Positions 61,319 through 64,000 of a stretch of DNA of 64,000 bases are shown here, piece after piece. The translations under genes and the position numbers were made by a program. Every line of letters begins with the position of its first letter. Within the stretch, counting starts at the first letter, position 1. This DNA is from Bdellovibrionales bacterium RIFOXYD12_FULL_39_22. Its GTDB lineage: Bacteria > Bdellovibrionota > Bacteriovoracia > Bacteriovoracales > Bacteriovoracaceae. The stretch is taken from assembly GCA_001770205.1 (NCBI GenBank), contig MEQL01000038.1, positions 1 through 64,000 on the forward strand, given 5' to 3'. The notes below the pieces were generated by a model. It saw only the letters and a program-made list of their open reading frames with translations, ran no database searches and was not told where the DNA came from.

Positions 61319-62155
61319 ATGAAGATTATTTTTGCTCTTATTGGCCTACTTTTTTCTTTTTCAACATTAGCAATATCTATTGAAGAAGCGCAAACGCTAT
61401 ACAATCAGCGAGGAGAAAATATAAACAATGCGCGGCAGGCGGCAGAGATTTTTTCTCAACTGGCCAGCAGTGAGCGAGAAGTTTTTTTGCGAGCTGAACT
61501 TTTAACTTTATTTGCGCAGGCAATTTATTACTACGGAGATCAACTTCCTGAGGCACAAAAAGAGGAGAAATTGGCCATATTTGAACGAGGTTATAGTGCG
61601 GCAGAGAGTGCGGCAAATTTACTGGCACTATCTCCGGGTGTGCCAGGTAAAATAGAGTATAAAACGGCCTTGGCCCGAGCTTATTATTTTTTCTGTTCCA
61701 ATCTGGGAAAATGGGGGGAAGTTAAGGGCGTTTTAAATTCGCTTGGTAAGTGGCCAACACTTAAGGAGCATTTGAACTACATCCTAAATTTAGATGAGAC
61801 AGTTTTAGATTACGGAGCAAATAGAATTTTAGGCCGTGCTTATATGAAGATTCCGTATGAGTCTAATAAAAAAGGACTGGAGCTTCTAAGGACTGCTTAT
61901 GAAAAAACTTTGGTGAAGGTCGGAGATGTTACCTTAAGTAGAAATAGCACTACCATTATTTTCTTTCTAGAAAGTTTAAGGAAAGAGAATGAGAAAAAAA
62001 CTTTTTGCTCGGTCTACAGCAGCTTTAGCTCACTCTCGGAAAATGAGAGTTTGTGGAGCGAGTATAATGCCGAGAGATTGCCAGAAACTAAAAATGATAT
62101 ACAAGAGTTTTTAGAAAATGAATTCTTGGCGGAATACTTCAACGATAATTGCTAA
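61319..62155 (+). CDS. Exported helical-repeat (TPR/TatT-like) protein
   Basis: SD AGGAGG, signal peptide, alpha-helical repeats, LD....YGANRILGRAY.KIP. Confidence 0.65.
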   Translation: MKIIFALIGLLFSFSTLAISIEEAQTLYNQRGENINNARQAAEIFSQLASSEREVFLRAELLTLFAQAIYYYGDQLPEAQKEEKLAIFERGYSAAESAANLLALSPGVPGKIEYKTALARAYYFFCSNLGKWGEVKGVLNSLGKWPTLKEHLNYILNLDETVLDYGANRILGRAYMKIPYESNKKGLELLRTAYEKTLVKVGDVTLSRNSTTIIFFLESLRKENEKKTFCSVYSSFSSLSENESLWSEYNAERLPETKNDIQEFLENEFLAEYFNDNC

Positions 62156-62198
62156 ACATCATCCCGATAATAGATATGACAAGAGAGGATCGTTTAAT

Positions 62199-63443
62199 AT
62201 GATAAAAAATAGTTTGCTACTGCTTCTAATGTTTATAATTTCTCTGGCCGTGGCAGGGGATTTAAAGGCTCCTTTTAGTTTTTCTTCGGCCAGTATTTTG
62301 CCTAAAGGGGTAAGAAACTTTAATTATAAGGGTGTCTTTATTTCGGGAACGGATAAATTTGATGATGGCGGTACGATAGTTCCTTTGGGTAGTGCTTTCT
62401 CTAAAAATATTACTTATCAGACATTGATTGATTCAAAAAAATTGGCCTCAGATAAGGCGGCCATTGAGCAAACGATGGATGACTTATTAGCAAATGAGCA
62501 GACGGTTTTAGCTCAGACACTCGGTGAAGTTAACGTAGTTGCTACGGCGTATGTCCCGGTATTGGCCTGGGGATTGTCATCAAAATTTACGTTGGCCTTG
62601 GCAGTACCAATTGTAGAAACAGATTTTTCCGTATCTACTGGCAGTATTACTAATGACGACTATTATGCTTTTAAAGCGGCCATTCATCGCAAAGGTGCGC
62701 TAAAGAGCGAAAGCGATCTTCAGGACAAAATAGAGAGGTCGCCTATTGAAAGCAAAATGGTAGATTACGGGTATAAGTCGCTGGCCGCAGAACATGAAAC
62801 CTCCCTGGGTGATTTTAAGTTAATAGGGAAATATTTAGCAAAGAAAACAAAAAAATCTGCTTTGTTACTCCGGCCAGAAATTACTCTCCCAACGGGTAAA
62901 GTAAAAGATCCAGATAAATTGATAGATGTGTCTAGCGGTGATGGGCAATTAGACTTGGGATTGGGACTGGCCTATGAGTTGCAAATAGGGAGCTATTTTT
63001 TTATCACCTCTAGTCTCGGTTATACAGCGCAACTTCCAGATAATGTTTCTATGCGAATTCCAGAAGTGGCCGATAGTTCGCTTTCTCCAGACAAAGATAC
63101 AAGGACTTATCGAAATTTGGGAGATATGTACATGGCCGAACTTAGTGCAAAAATGGTGCGGGCAGGAATAACTTTACAGGCCGGCTATGCTCTTCAATAC
63201 AAGGAGCATGATCACTTTGATGGGGAAAAGTTTGCTGCCTATCGCTATAACTGGGCAGAACAAAATACCAGACAAAATATGCAAACGGCCCAATTTTCTG
63301 TTGGGTATGACACCATTGCTCTTTTTAAAAGTAAAAAGTTTATTGCACCACTTGCTGCCTCTTTAAATCACACGATAGTGGTGGATGGAAAAAATGTAAC
63401 CAAAGATCCGCTGACCTCGTTTGATCTATCGCTTTTCTTTTAA
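62199..63443 (+). CDS. Putative outer-membrane beta-barrel channel
   Basis: Signal peptide; LGDFKLIGKY, TLPTG, SGDGQLDLG patterns; C-terminal Phe. Confidence 0.65.
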   Translation: MIKNSLLLLLMFIISLAVAGDLKAPFSFSSASILPKGVRNFNYKGVFISGTDKFDDGGTIVPLGSAFSKNITYQTLIDSKKLASDKAAIEQTMDDLLANEQTVLAQTLGEVNVVATAYVPVLAWGLSSKFTLALAVPIVETDFSVSTGSITNDDYYAFKAAIHRKGALKSESDLQDKIERSPIESKMVDYGYKSLAAEHETSLGDFKLIGKYLAKKTKKSALLLRPEITLPTGKVKDPDKLIDVSSGDGQLDLGLGLAYELQIGSYFFITSSLGYTAQLPDNVSMRIPEVADSSLSPDKDTRTYRNLGDMYMAELSAKMVRAGITLQAGYALQYKEHDHFDGEKFAAYRYNWAEQNTRQNMQTAQFSVGYDTIALFKSKKFIAPLAASLNHTIVVDGKNVTKDPLTSFDLSLFF

Positions 63444-63465
63444 TCAGACTTAAGTGAGGGAGAAT

Positions 63466-64000
63466 ATGAAAATATTAACAATGATTTTTTTGACAATGTT
63501 GCTTAGTTCTTGTGGAAGGGAGGCCCCGATTGCGCAGGCCTTTCCTAAAACCTTCGCGCGGATTGATGCTCTCTCGGAGAAGTTTAATTTTGATAATAAA
63601 ATCAAAGACGCCTCCGTGATTGTTTATCCCTGGCCGGAGGATCTGCAAAACTTTTTCTATAATCCTCAAGAACGTGGATTGCAAAGTGATTGGGCCACCG
63701 TTTTCCTCGGCGGTGGTGGACGACGGACGCCACTTATAATTAAGAAAGAAGATAATAATTATAAAAAAGCACATGATGTTGCTTTCTTGATTTATGCTGC
63801 CGGAGCATCGAAAGATTTAGCAAGCGAGGAGATTTTTAAGATAGAAAAAAAATTGGAACGATTAAATAACCAATTAGGGCCGCTGTTTAAAAAGCATATT
63901 TGTTACAATCCTCATAAAGTGGGTGCGAAGACACATTGTAAACGCAGTTATGATAACTACGAAAATTATGATAACGATGCCTCGCGGATGCAAGGCAATT
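63466..64000 (+). CDS. Hypothetical lipoprotein, 3' end outside window (not in ORF track)
   Basis: SD GAGGGAG, MKILTMIFLTMLLSSCG lipobox; frame open to window end. Confidence 0.75.
   Translation, partial: MKILTMIFLTMLLSSCGREAPIAQAFPKTFARIDALSEKFNFDNKIKDASVIVYPWPEDLQNFFYNPQERGLQSDWATVFLGGGGRRTPLIIKKEDNNYKKAHDVAFLIYAAGASKDLASEEIFKIEKKLERLNNQLGPLFKKHICYNPHKVGAKTHCKRSYDNYENYDNDASRMQGN

Noticed and set aside
63475..63774. 99-aa minus-strand ORF
   Set aside because: Antisense to the plus-strand lipoprotein starting at 63466.
1..64000. tRNA, rRNA, CRISPR array, prophage, retron or other defence system
   Set aside because: None recognised. The inverted repeat at 38817-38958 recalls retron a1/a2 arms, but no reverse transcriptase is present. 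Remaining short nested ORFs in the track are shadows of the called genes.

Overview
AT-rich bacterial chromosomal window, by eye about 38% GC. Gene content (spd-type EF-G1, IleRS2, HD-GYP and PilZ proteins, a matrixin lipoprotein, PlsB, many secreted hypotheticals) suggests Bdellovibrionota or a related deltaproteobacterial lineage; this is an inference. It opens in a truncated IS91-family transposase fused to a TIM-barrel gene remnant. Then come pit/DUF47, lemA-TPM-TPM, xdhC, a large lipoprotein with a phage-fibre-like C-terminus, ileS, etfB-etfA-acd-plsB-folE, infC(AUU)-rpmI-rplT, c-di-GMP-related genes, glmM-pdxJ-nnr-tsaE and rrf2-iscS. After these lie a trehalose synthesis/hydrolysis cluster ending in an orphan oadG, fusA, a LysR gene, icmF-DUF6125-resB-ccsA, an acyl-CoA operon, lexA and several envelope genes. 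Best non-coding signals: (1) a sigma54 promoter with a consensus IHF site facing an ORF-less, rod-shaped ~170-nt RNA candidate with twin AUCCCACCUU motifs (38712-38961); (2) an nhaA-I/DUF1646-like (Li+/Na+) riboswitch candidate ahead of the trehalose/oadG cluster; (3) a direct-repeat candidate LexA box on an apparently leaderless lexA; (4) apparent window-wide over-representation of GGCC. All family calls come from motif recognition by eye, not database searches.
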